The position numbers and the translations under genes were made by a program. The notes under the pieces are model-generated. The model made no database searches. It was not told the origin of the DNA and worked only from the letters and a program-made list of their open reading frames with translations. A stretch of DNA of 64,000 nucleotides from an uncultured Nitrospirota bacterium. GTDB taxonomy: Bacteria > Nitrospinota > Nitrospinia > CAJXCL01. The DNA is taken from NCBI GenBank assembly GCA_913051775.1, contig CAJXCL010000002.1, positions 18,307 through 82,306 on the forward strand, read 5' to 3'. Below are positions 21,802 to 30,235 of the stretch, one piece after another (position 1 is the first letter of the stretch; each line of letters starts with the position of its first letter).

Positions 21802-23575
21802 CTGGATTCCTCCGGCAGCTATATTTATTTTTGGGGCATGCATTATCCCATTTCTAACAGGAAAGGCAAAGCAGGTCTATTTACTTCTACTTCCTGTTCT
21901 TGCTTTTATAAACCTTCTTAACATGCCTGAGGGTACAGACTGGGTATTTAATTTTCTTGGCTATGAAGTTATCTTTGGCAAGGTTGATAAACTGAGCAAG
22001 GTCTTCGGTTATATCTTTGTAATAATGGCATTTGGAGGGGCACTATTCTCTCTCCATTTAAAAGAGCAGCAAGAATCTGTGGCTGGATTTCTTTATGCCG
22101 GCGGCTCTCTCGGGGTTGTATTTGCAGGAGACTTCCTTTCTCTCTTTATCTTCTGGGAAATTATGTCAGTTTCATCAACTTACATCGTCTGGAGCCGAAG
22201 AACAAAGGCAGCCCAAGATGCGGGGTTAAGATATATCCTTGTGCATCTATTGGGTGGACTGTTCCTTTTATTCGGCATAATCATAAACGCATCTAATTCG
22301 GGCTCTATCGAGTTTGGTTTTATAGAATTAAATGGATTAGCGTCTTATCTTATACTGATTGGTTTTGCCGTGAATGCTGCCATTCCTCCTCTGTCTGCAT
22401 GGCTCTCCGATTCCTATCCTGAGTCAACAGTAACAGGAGCTGTATTCCTGAGTGCCTTTACAACCAAGACTGCAGTGTATGTCCTGTGCAGGGCGTTTCC
22501 AGGCGCAGAAATTTTGATATGGGCAGGGGCATTGATGACGATATACGGCATTATATATGCCATCTTAGAGAATGATATGAGGCGGGTTTTGGCATATAGC
22601 ATTATTAACCAGGTTGGATTTATGGTGGCAGGAATTGGAATAGGCACGGAACTATCAATCAATGGTACTGCCTCACACGCCTTTGCACATATCCTCTATA
22701 AGGCTTTGCTTTTCATGTCTGCCGGAGCGGTACTGTATAGGACAGGTAAAAGCAAGTGCACAGACCTAGGTGGGCTGTATAAGACAATGCCTGTAACCCT
22801 TATTTTTTGTCTTGTTGGTGCAGCCTCTATCTCAGCGTTTCCTCTAACCGGAGGATTTATAAGTAAATCAATGATAATTTCCGCATCAGGCCATGAGAAG
22901 ATGACAGTTATATGGTTGCTTCTCAACCTTGCATCAGCAGGGGTCTTCCTCCATGCAGGCATAAAATTCCCCTACTTTGTATTCTTTGCGAAGGACTCAG
23001 GTTTAAGGCCAAAGGAGCCGCCTTTAAACATGCTTCTTGCCATGGGCTTTTTTGCCTTTTTATGCATCTTTATCGGTGTATTTCCCGGGGTGCTTTACAG
23101 GATACTCCCATATCCTGTTGAATTTGTTCCTTACACTGCGAGTCATGTGATTAACCAACTCCAGATACTCTTATTCTCTGCCTTAGCGTTTTTTACACTC
23201 TTAAAATTTCTCCAGAGAACAGAAACGATAAGCCTCGATACCGACTGGTTTTATAGAAAAGGGTCCAGAGCCTTCTTGTGGTTTGTGGATAATCCAATGT
23301 CCAGATTTGGTCACCAGATGGGAAAGATTTTTTTCTATTATATCCTGGATTCCCTCATATGGTTTAGCAGAAACCCACTGGCAGTTCTCAAGATGGCTGC
23401 TGATACAATGTTCTTGTTGGTTAGCGATCCTGATCAAAGAATAGAAATAAAGAAACGAATAGAAAAAGAGAAGGAAATCTATCCGGGTGATATAATCAAA
23501 CACTGGCCTATAGGCTCAACAGTTCTGTACCTGACCTTCTTTCTCTTAACCTGTTTGTTGGTGTATTACTTGTAA
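21794..23575 (+). CDS. Third NuoL/M/N-like antiporter subunit with a C-terminal extension of about 120 aa
   Basis: RBS agagga precedes the ATG at 21794. Antiporter core (…HAFAHILYKALLFMSAGAV…) followed by an extra C-terminal TM region. Confidence 0.75.
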   Translation: MTNWIPPAAIFIFGACIIPFLTGKAKQVYLLLLPVLAFINLLNMPEGTDWVFNFLGYEVIFGKVDKLSKVFGYIFVIMAFGGALFSLHLKEQQESVAGFLYAGGSLGVVFAGDFLSLFIFWEIMSVSSTYIVWSRRTKAAQDAGLRYILVHLLGGLFLLFGIIINASNSGSIEFGFIELNGLASYLILIGFAVNAAIPPLSAWLSDSYPESTVTGAVFLSAFTTKTAVYVLCRAFPGAEILIWAGALMTIYGIIYAILENDMRRVLAYSIINQVGFMVAGIGIGTELSINGTASHAFAHILYKALLFMSAGAVLYRTGKSKCTDLGGLYKTMPVTLIFCLVGAASISAFPLTGGFISKSMIISASGHEKMTVIWLLLNLASAGVFLHAGIKFPYFVFFAKDSGLRPKEPPLNMLLAMGFFAFLCIFIGVFPGVLYRILPYPVEFVPYTASHVINQLQILLFSALAFFTLLKFLQRTETISLDTDWFYRKGSRAFLWFVDNPMSRFGHQMGKIFFYYILDSLIWFSRNPLAVLKMAADTMFLLVSDPDQRIEIKKRIEKEKEIYPGDIIKHWPIGSTVLYLTFFLLTCLLVYYL

Positions 23576-23622
23576 AGTAAAACTAAATCGTTCAATAATG
23601 TCTTCAGATTCTTTGAACAGGG

Positions 23623-23670
23623 GTGGGCGACATTGACGAAGTGCTTGAAAAAGCAAAGAAAATGAAGTAA
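23623..23670 (+). pseudogene. Remnant of the atpD 3' end, part of the duplicated segment
   Basis: ggtgggcgacattgacgaagtgcttgaaaaagcaaagaaaatgaagtaa encodes …[15 protein letters not shown]. The genuine atpD C-terminus is …[16 protein letters not shown]. Confidence 0.8.
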
Positions 23671-23745
23671 TAAAACCATGCGCTGTTTTCCCCCCTATCA
23701 AGAGGGGAAACAGGTGGTGTTAACTACATTACAGCTCAAAAAAAA

Positions 23746-24027
23746 ATGGCTGAAGAAAAAACATTCAAGTTGGAAATTATCACGCCTAACGAGGTGGTAT
23801 TAAGCAAGGATGTGTTGAGCATTACAGCTCCCGGAGCAGAAGGATCCTTTGGAATCCTTGCCAACCACGCACCTTTTATGACTTCCCTTGACAAAGGCGA
23901 ACTGAAAATCAAAGAACCCGGCCAGGTAAATCCTCTAATTATCGACATCAATAAAGGCTTTCTCGAAGTCTTAAACAACAAAGTTGTTGTCCTCGTCGAT
24001 AAAGTCAAAACCGAAGATCAAGAGTAG
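23746..24027 (+). CDS. Second ATP synthase epsilon paralog, short, about 65% identical to atpC
   Basis: MAEEKTFKLEIITPNEVVLSKDVLSITAPGAEGSFGILANHAPF… It is preceded by the same upstream sequence and RBS as atpC. Confidence 0.8.
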   Translation: MAEEKTFKLEIITPNEVVLSKDVLSITAPGAEGSFGILANHAPFMTSLDKGELKIKEPGQVNPLIIDINKGFLEVLNNKVVVLVDKVKTEDQE

Positions 24028-24121
24028 TCTTACTTGTTAGAACCATGATTGTCATTCCCGCATGGTTTCAGCTGGAATCCGGGTGTGAACAAATCCAAAA
24101 TAGCTCAACTGCGTTAAAATA

Positions 24122-24150
24122 TTGACAGTCAATGGTGCGCAATGTAAAAT
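24122..24150 (+). promoter_or_regulatory. Near-consensus sigma70-type promoter upstream of the ankyrin-repeat gene
   Basis: TTGACA, then a 17-nt spacer (gtcaatggtgcgcaatg), then TAAAAT, about 65 nt upstream of the start codon. Confidence 0.55.
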
Positions 24151-24215
24151 TTTTAACTAAGGAAAAAAAGATAAAATTTCACAATTTATAAAAATATTAA
24201 AGGAGATGGAAAACT

Positions 24216-24704
24216 ATGGCGGAAGATTTGAAAAGCGCAATTGAAAAAGGTGACCTGGAAGCAGTATCCGCGCTATTAGAAAAAGGGATAAGCGTTAATG
24301 AAATGCTGGAATCTGAATTTACTCCCTTAATCACCGCAACAAACAGCGGCCATTTTGATATTGTAAAAAAATTGATTGAGAGTGGAGCTGACGTAAATGC
24401 AAAATGCGAACGTGACATAACAGCTCTCAAAGCGGCATCGGCTCATGGAGATATAGAAACAGTCAAGCTCTTATTGGAGAACAGCGCAGATCTAAATGCG
24501 GCTGGAGGAACTTTACCGGCAATACTGATAGCTGCAAGTAACGGCCATATAAATCTTGTCAAGTTCATGCTGGAAAAAGGAGCCAAGATTAATTTAAAAG
24601 ATGAGAGAGAGTATGAAGCAGTAATGAATGCGGCACACAATGGTCACTTGGAGGTTGTAAAACTTTTGATGCAAACGGAAGGTAATCAAAGCAAAAAAAA
24701 ATAA
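24216..24704 (+). CDS. Ankyrin-repeat protein (4 to 5 ANK repeats)
   Basis: Repeated TPLITATNSGHFDIVKKLIESGADVNAK-type 33-residue modules. A strong RBS (aaaggagatgg) precedes the start. Confidence 0.85.
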   Translation: MAEDLKSAIEKGDLEAVSALLEKGISVNEMLESEFTPLITATNSGHFDIVKKLIESGADVNAKCERDITALKAASAHGDIETVKLLLENSADLNAAGGTLPAILIAASNGHINLVKFMLEKGAKINLKDEREYEAVMNAAHNGHLEVVKLLMQTEGNQSKKK

Positions 24705-25098
24705 GCGTGCAAGCTTCAGCGCTTAACCTGCTATAGTTTCTTTCACTTGCAGCTCACTTTTGGTTGCTCAAAACGAAATAGATCCAAACTTTCTCTCATA
24801 TGCTGCTCATCTGTAGTTTAGGTAAGTGTTACCATCTATGATTGATACTTTAATATTGAAGCTCCCCGGAACAATGACCTACCCTAAATCTTAGTGCCAC
24901 CCTTAGAGTGATGATTTTCTATACGATCAGTTGAAGCGTAGCGGAAACTGATGGTATAGGTTAATATTTTCATTGTGCTCATAATTACGGATACTGATTA
25001 GCAATTTCATTACCGCTTATGGTAGATTTAGAGAATAAGCGGAAATCACTATTAGGGGAAAGGCTCACAAGTGGAGTCATTTTTATTGAGGAACGAAA

Positions 25099-27258
25099 AT
25101 GACAGTTGGTGGTGGTTTTAAAGCGATTAAGTATTCTCTAAAAGTTGCACGTGCAGCAGGGTTCCGAAAGATACTGCAGGCTAGTTTGTCTAAAAATACC
25201 TGTAAATCCTGTGCGTTGGGCATGGGAGGCCAAAAAGGGGGAATGGTCAACGAAACGGGGAATTTTCCAGAAATTTGTAAAAAAAATTTTCAGGCCCAAA
25301 TCACAGATATTCAGCCCTCCATTTCAGAGAAGCTATTTCAAAAAAAAAGCATCGAGGATTTGAAAAAGACTCCGACTCGATTATTGGAGCGAAGCGGACG
25401 GCTCAATACCCCCCTCTATAAAGATAAAGGCGATTCTCATTATTCCACGATTTCCTGGGAGCAGGCATTAGAAAGAATCGCAAATCAATTCAAAGCGACT
25501 CTTCCTGAACGAACCTTTTTTTATAGTTCCGGGCGTTCTTCCAATGAAGCCGCGTTTTTACTACAACTCTTTGCGCGCATTTACGGTACCAATAACATTA
25601 ACAATTGTTCTTACTATTGTCATCAGGCATCCGGGGTAGGAATCGGTTCGACGATAGGAACAGGGTCAGCAACGATTCAACTGCAAGACCTAGAAAAAGC
25701 TGATTTAATTTTTGTCATTGGAGCCAATCCAGCCTCAAACCACCCCCGATTTATTCGTCAACTGCTCAATTGTCGTCGACGCGGGGGGCATGTCATTGTT
25801 ATCAACCCCGCCAAAGAAAAAGGACTGGTGAAATTTGCGATTCCTTCGGATGTCAGATCAATGTCTGTGGGAGGGAGTCCGATTGCTTCTGAATACATTC
25901 AGATTCATATTGGAGGGGACATTGCGTTACTCAAAGGGATTGCAAAAGCCGTGCTTGAGACGGGAAAGCACGATCTTCGTTTTATGGAGGATCATACTCA
26001 TGGGAAGCAAGGCTATATAGCGGATCTTCAAGAGACCCCTTGGGAAATGATCGTTTTGTATTCTGGTATTTCTAAACAGCGCATCCAGCAAATCGCCGAG
26101 ATTTACGGAAATTCCAGAAACGTCATATTTTCCTGGGCAATGGGAATCACGCATCATGAACATGGGGTGGAGAATGTTGAATCGATTGTCAATCTTGCAC
26201 TGTTGCGTGGAATGGTCGGCAGGCGTTTCGCCGGATTGCTTCCCTTAAGAGGCCATAGCAATGTTCAGGGGGTTGGATCCGTTGGCGCAACACCGGTCTT
26301 GAAAGATAAGATTTTTAAAAATATAGAGAAGCACCTGGGGGTTCAACTTCTGACTACTCCTGGAATGGACACCATGTCTTGCATGAAGGCTTCCTACAAC
26401 GGAAAAATCGATTTGGCCTTTTTACTGGGGGGAAACCTGTATAATGCCAACCCTGATACACAGTTTACGGAGAAGTCTTTAAACGCTATTCCTTTAAAGA
26501 TTTTTTTAAACACCACGCTCAACCAAGGGCACTTTTGTGGAGTGGAACGAGAAGTCTTGATTCTTCCGGTAGCTGCTCGGGATGAGGAACGCCAGAAAAC
26601 AACCCAAGAGTCCATGTTTAATTTTGTTCGGATGAGTGATGGCGGAATTGTTCGACTTGATAACGTGCGCTCGGAAGTTGAGATCATTAGTAGTATTGCT
26701 CAAAAAGTTTTGGTGGATAGCCCCATTGAATTTGGAAAATTAAAACGTCATCAAAATCTGAGAAAAGCCATCGCACAAACGGTTCCCGGGTTTGAAAAAA
26801 TGAGCGAAATGGACGAAACTCAGAAAGAGTTCCATATTTCCGGTAGGACATTTCATCAAGCCCGCTTTGCAACTCCAGACCACAAAGCAAATTTTAGAAT
26901 ATGCTCAATTCCTTCATTGAAAGGAGAAGAAGGAGATTTTCGAATGATGACGGTTAGAAGTGAAGGGCAGTTTAATTCCATTATATATGAAGAAGAAGAT
27001 ATTTACAGGGAGCAAACAAGTCGCCGGGTGGTGCTGATGAATAAGGATGATATTCAAAATAAGGGATTACAAGAAAATGATCTCGTCACTTTAGAATCTT
27101 CCGTAGGAAAAATGGAACGGGTTATGGTGCGTGAATTTGATATTCCTTGTGGTAACGTCATGACCTATTATCCAGAATCCAATGTTTTAGTGCCAACCAC
27201 GACCGATCCAAGAAGTCTAACTCCTGCATTCAAATTGGTTTGGGTGAAAATTTTATAA
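25099..27258 (+). CDS. ydeP: YdeP-family (FdhF-like) molybdopterin oxidoreductase alpha subunit
   Basis: Aligns closely with E. coli YdeP. Matching segments include FYSSGRSSNEAAFLLQLFARIYGTNNINNCSYYCHQASGVGIGSTIGTGSAT, NPASNHPRF, AMGITHHEHGVENV and LRGHSNVQG, plus an N-terminal Cys cluster. Confidence 0.9.
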   Translation: MTVGGGFKAIKYSLKVARAAGFRKILQASLSKNTCKSCALGMGGQKGGMVNETGNFPEICKKNFQAQITDIQPSISEKLFQKKSIEDLKKTPTRLLERSGRLNTPLYKDKGDSHYSTISWEQALERIANQFKATLPERTFFYSSGRSSNEAAFLLQLFARIYGTNNINNCSYYCHQASGVGIGSTIGTGSATIQLQDLEKADLIFVIGANPASNHPRFIRQLLNCRRRGGHVIVINPAKEKGLVKFAIPSDVRSMSVGGSPIASEYIQIHIGGDIALLKGIAKAVLETGKHDLRFMEDHTHGKQGYIADLQETPWEMIVLYSGISKQRIQQIAEIYGNSRNVIFSWAMGITHHEHGVENVESIVNLALLRGMVGRRFAGLLPLRGHSNVQGVGSVGATPVLKDKIFKNIEKHLGVQLLTTPGMDTMSCMKASYNGKIDLAFLLGGNLYNANPDTQFTEKSLNAIPLKIFLNTTLNQGHFCGVEREVLILPVAARDEERQKTTQESMFNFVRMSDGGIVRLDNVRSEVEIISSIAQKVLVDSPIEFGKLKRHQNLRKAIAQTVPGFEKMSEMDETQKEFHISGRTFHQARFATPDHKANFRICSIPSLKGEEGDFRMMTVRSEGQFNSIIYEEEDIYREQTSRRVVLMNKDDIQNKGLQENDLVTLESSVGKMERVMVREFDIPCGNVMTYYPESNVLVPTTTDPRSLTPAFKLVWVKIL

Positions 27259-27364
27259 AGCGGAGAGGCTCCGCAACCACTATTCGGCATGGAGAACCAA
27301 ACTGGACGAATGTTTGTTCAATCCGCCCAAAGGGTTGAGGCCATGGGAGATCGAAATCAAATGG
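27258..27364 (-). repeat. REP-like element family A, copy F, in inverted orientation, starting at the ydeP-like stop codon
   Basis: aagcggagaggctccgcaaccactattcggcatggagaaccaaactggacgaatg…ccgcccaaagggttgaggccatggg…cgaaatcaaatgg is nearly the exact reverse complement of copy D. Confidence 0.75.
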
Positions 27365-27428
27365 AGCTTCCGTTCCGGTGAGCAAAAAAAACTTGTTAAA
27401 AAAAACAAGCTTTTACATAGTACTGGTA

Positions 27429-27497
27429 TAATGGGGTAAGGCTTACAATTATGCAATTAGAATTCTAAAAATTGCGTTTTAAATTCTACAATCGTAA
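27429..27497 (+). repeat. Copy 1 of a ~70-bp direct repeat with an upstream TATAAT
   Basis: (ggtataa)tggggtaaggcttacaattatgcaattagaattctaaaaattgcgttttaaattctacaatcgtaag, with ggcttac…gtaagcc closing-stem potential. Confidence 0.7.
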
Positions 27498-27548
27498 GTG
27501 CATTAGTCAGTAAAAGCGCTTACAAGCGGCCTTCCGGTTTTATCCTTA

Positions 27549-28199
27549 TCAGAGTTTTCCTTGGTACTTCGGGTCTTTAGCCACCTCTATCATTTTAGCA
27601 AACCTTTTATTTTCCATGAAAAGCCTCAATTGACCTGCCAGAAAACCAAAAATCAATCCAACCAGACACGCAATAATCCAACCAGTAATAAAAAACATCT
27701 TTTTGGAATTTTCACTCTTTTCCTTGTCCTTAATTAATTGATCCTGACTTAGCTTAAACTCTTGTAATTCAAAACTTAATTTTTCTTTTTTCTTAATCGT
27801 TTCTGCAACATTCTTCTTAAGTTCTTCTATCTTCTTCTTAAGTTCTTCTATCTGACTTCTTTGGCGATCTATGGTATCTTTATGTTCTACAATTATTACA
27901 CTTTTCGGTTTCTCGGCTTTTACCGTTTTTCGAAAAATCCACCCTTCTTTATCACTCGGGAGTAACACCTTTAACCATTCCTTCTCTTCCTTCAGTATCT
28001 TTAGAACCTGGTCCATTTTTACTACTTCTATAACGCTATTTTCCAATCCTGGTCCTGACCGAATGTTTGTAGATCCCCCACTAACATATACATTTTTGGA
28101 AAGTGCAACCTCAGGAAAAAAAAGGACCAGAGCAAGAGGCAACAGTAAAAAATGGGTTATTCTAATTACAATTTTCAGGTTTTCTTTAAACAGAACCAT
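27549..28199 (-). CDS. YgiM-like SH3b-domain, coiled-coil, tail-anchored membrane protein
   Basis: N-terminal signal/TM segment, a bacterial SH3 domain (YVSGGSTNIRSGPGLENSVIEVV…WIFRKTV), a charged coiled coil containing a 21-bp tandem duplication (IEELKKKIEELKK), and a C-terminal TM helix. Confidence 0.7.
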   Translation of the reverse strand: MVLFKENLKIVIRITHFLLLPLALVLFFPEVALSKNVYVSGGSTNIRSGPGLENSVIEVVKMDQVLKILKEEKEWLKVLLPSDKEGWIFRKTVKAEKPKSVIIVEHKDTIDRQRSQIEELKKKIEELKKNVAETIKKKEKLSFELQEFKLSQDQLIKDKEKSENSKKMFFITGWIIACLVGLIFGFLAGQLRLFMENKRFAKMIEVAKDPKYQGKL

Positions 28200-28428
28200 T
28201 ATAATAAAATTGAATTTTTTGAATCACACAAGTGGGTTTTATTCCCCGTGAAATACAACACCTTTTCAACAAAATCTTATTCGATATCCTGTCCGCTTGC
28301 GGCAAAGACGTTCATTTGACTAAAATTGGTCTGATTTGTTTCTAATCTAATCTGCCACATAAAATACCTTTAATTCAAGCATTATTTTGTTTGAACTTCC
28401 CCTGTTTTTTAAGAATTAGCTATGGATA

Positions 28429-28499
28429 ATAATAGGGTAAGGCTTGCAATTATGCAATTAGAATTCTAAAAAATGTGGTTTAAATTCTACAATCGTAAG
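28429..28499 (+). repeat. Copy 2 of the ~70-bp direct repeat, about 93% identical to copy 1 and 1000 bp downstream of it
   Basis: taatagggtaaggcttgcaattatgcaattagaattctaaaaaatgtggtttaaattctacaatcgtaag, located 125 nt upstream of the ferredoxin gene. Confidence 0.7.
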
Positions 28500-28635
28500 C
28501 CTGACCAAAACCTGAGCACGAAAAATACCAGGTTCTTTCTACCCCAGCCCTAAGCTTTGAAATTCCGATACTGTAAAACAGTAATTTTGACTCGGAAATG
28601 CTGCTTTTGATATACTTATTAGTTTTGGAATAGAA

Positions 28636-28878
28636 ATGGCAAAAATCACTCGAGTTTGGCTGGATGAATCTGAATATGAGTGTACTATGTGCGGCTCCTG
28701 TGAAGCTGTATGTGGCTCTGTTTTTGAAGTACCGGAAAAGATGGTTATTAAAGAAGGTGCAGACTTATCCCTTAAAGAAGAAATTGAAGAAGCTGCAAAA
28801 GGATGTCCTGCCAGTACGATTGCTATTGAATATGAGAATAGCGGAAAACGGAACAACCCGTTAATAGATAGGTACTGA
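28636..28878 (+). CDS. Small single-cluster [4Fe-4S] ferredoxin
   Basis: CTMCGSCEAVC…CP pattern (Cx2Cx2C…CP), 80 aa, acidic. Confidence 0.7.
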   Translation: MAKITRVWLDESEYECTMCGSCEAVCGSVFEVPEKMVIKEGADLSLKEEIEEAAKGCPASTIAIEYENSGKRNNPLIDRY

Positions 28879-28977
28879 ATGGAACATGGATTCTATGTAA
28901 CAGTTCACCGTTGCTACTTTTTTGCCAGCGGGACACTAAGTACATTGATTCATAATACATTAACATAAAGCAAAAAC

Positions 28978-29138
28978 ATTAGACGGGATAACAGGATGAA
29001 TTAGAGGCTGGCATGATTTAAGCTTAGCTTTGTAAACGCTATTTATTATACAAAATAATCTTTTTAACACGTATTGAAAATATAATGAAGATAGAGCTTT
29101 TGATTAACAGATTAATATCCAGTTAATCCTGACAAATG
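28978..29138. repeat. MITE-like inverted-repeat element, family B
   Basis: Left end attagacgggataacaggatgaa. Right end atccagttaatcctgacaaatg is the reverse complement of a gacaggattaac-type terminus. The interior is AT-rich, about 115 bp. Confidence 0.55.
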
Positions 29139-29302
29139 ATTATATAAAATACGTTGCCGAATATATGAAATAGTGTACTAAGGCACTAAGGAAATTGGGG
29201 TCACATCTCGCCAATCAACAAAATTCAAACTTAATGTGGTTTGTTCTGAAAAATTAATTAACCGCAGAGTTCCCAAAGGTGAAGAATAATTTATGGAAGA
29301 AG

Positions 29303-30235
29303 TTAAAAATTAAAATGTTCTTGAACCGCTGTATAAATAGCTTCATCAGTCATTTCAGGCTTTTCAATATCCACTTCAATCCATTTTGTTGAAGAAACTT
29401 TTTTAAACCATGTTAATTGCCTTTTAGCAAAATTTCTTGTTTCTTTTTTTATATTTTCAACTGCTTTTTCCAATGCCAACTCTTTCCTCAAATACTGAAC
29501 GATCTCCTTATAACCTATACTCTGAAAAGGTTTTAACCGGTCTGAATACCCCCTGGCGAGAATAGCTTTGACTTCATTGACTAAACCTTTTTTGATCATC
29601 CTGTTAACACGCTCATTAATCCTTTGATACAACAAAGAGCGATCCATATTCAAAACAAGGTACAGAACATCATATTGATTTATCTCATGCTTCTCAGATG
29701 ATTGTAAAGATGACATAGGTTTCCCCGTCAGATAATAGACCTCTAAAGCCCTTTCGATCCGAAATTTATCAGCGGGATTAATTTTCTTTGCCGCATCGGG
29801 ATCTACTTTTAAAAGCTCATTATGCATGGCCGTGCACCCCTCTTTCTCTAAACTCTTTCTCAGGTTTTTCCTTACCTCAGGATCAGAAGGTGCAGCCATG
29901 GACAATCCTCTAGCAATAGCACTAATATATAAACCCGTGCCACCTGATACAATCGGTATTTTTCCTTTTGCGTGAAGTTTGTTGATTATTTTTCTCCCGT
30001 CTTTTTTAAATCTCCCTGCGTTATATTCTTCGTCAGGGTTTATTATGTTCGTCAAATGGTGAGGAATAGTTTTTCGATCTTTGATTGTAGGCTTTGCGGT
30101 TCCAATATCAAAATAACGATAAACCTGCATAGAGTCGGCACTGATAATCTCACTATTCAAGCGCTTTGCCAGATGGAATGATCTTTCAGATTTTCCTGTT
30201 GCTGTTGGTCCTGCGATTATTATTAAAGGAATCAT
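29303..30235 (-). CDS. miaA: tRNA dimethylallyltransferase
   Basis: N-terminal P-loop IIIAGPTATGKS followed by ISADSMQVYRYFDIGTAKPT. Confidence 0.9.
   Translation of the reverse strand: MIPLIIIAGPTATGKSERSFHLAKRLNSEIISADSMQVYRYFDIGTAKPTIKDRKTIPHHLTNIINPDEEYNAGRFKKDGRKIINKLHAKGKIPIVSGGTGLYISAIARGLSMAAPSDPEVRKNLRKSLEKEGCTAMHNELLKVDPDAAKKINPADKFRIERALEVYYLTGKPMSSLQSSEKHEINQYDVLYLVLNMDRSLLYQRINERVNRMIKKGLVNEVKAILARGYSDRLKPFQSIGYKEIVQYLRKELALEKAVENIKKETRNFAKRQLTWFKKVSSTKWIEVDIEKPEMTDEAIYTAVQEHFNF

Larger units (their letters stand above)
23623..24027 (+). repeat. Right copy of the segmental duplication (atpD 3' remnant, spacer and atpC paralog), immediately after the Mrp cluster
   Basis: ggtgggcgacattgacgaagtgcttgaaaaagcaaagaaaatgaagtaataaaaccatgc…gttaactacattacagctcaaaaa… Near-identical in the non-coding part and about 65% identical in the epsilon protein. 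Confidence 0.8.

Noticed and set aside
25099-27258. Possible selenocysteine in the FdhF-like oxidoreductase
   Set aside because: The reading frame is continuous with no in-frame TGA. The active-site region reads NNCSYYCHQASG with Cys, so this is a Cys-type YdeP-family enzyme.
27429-28499. CRISPR-like interpretation of the repeated 70-bp units and the REP/MITE families
   Set aside because: Only two 70-bp copies are present, with a 1-kb gene-containing spacer. The other repeat families are dispersed and irregularly spaced, with no cas genes nearby, so none is a CRISPR array.
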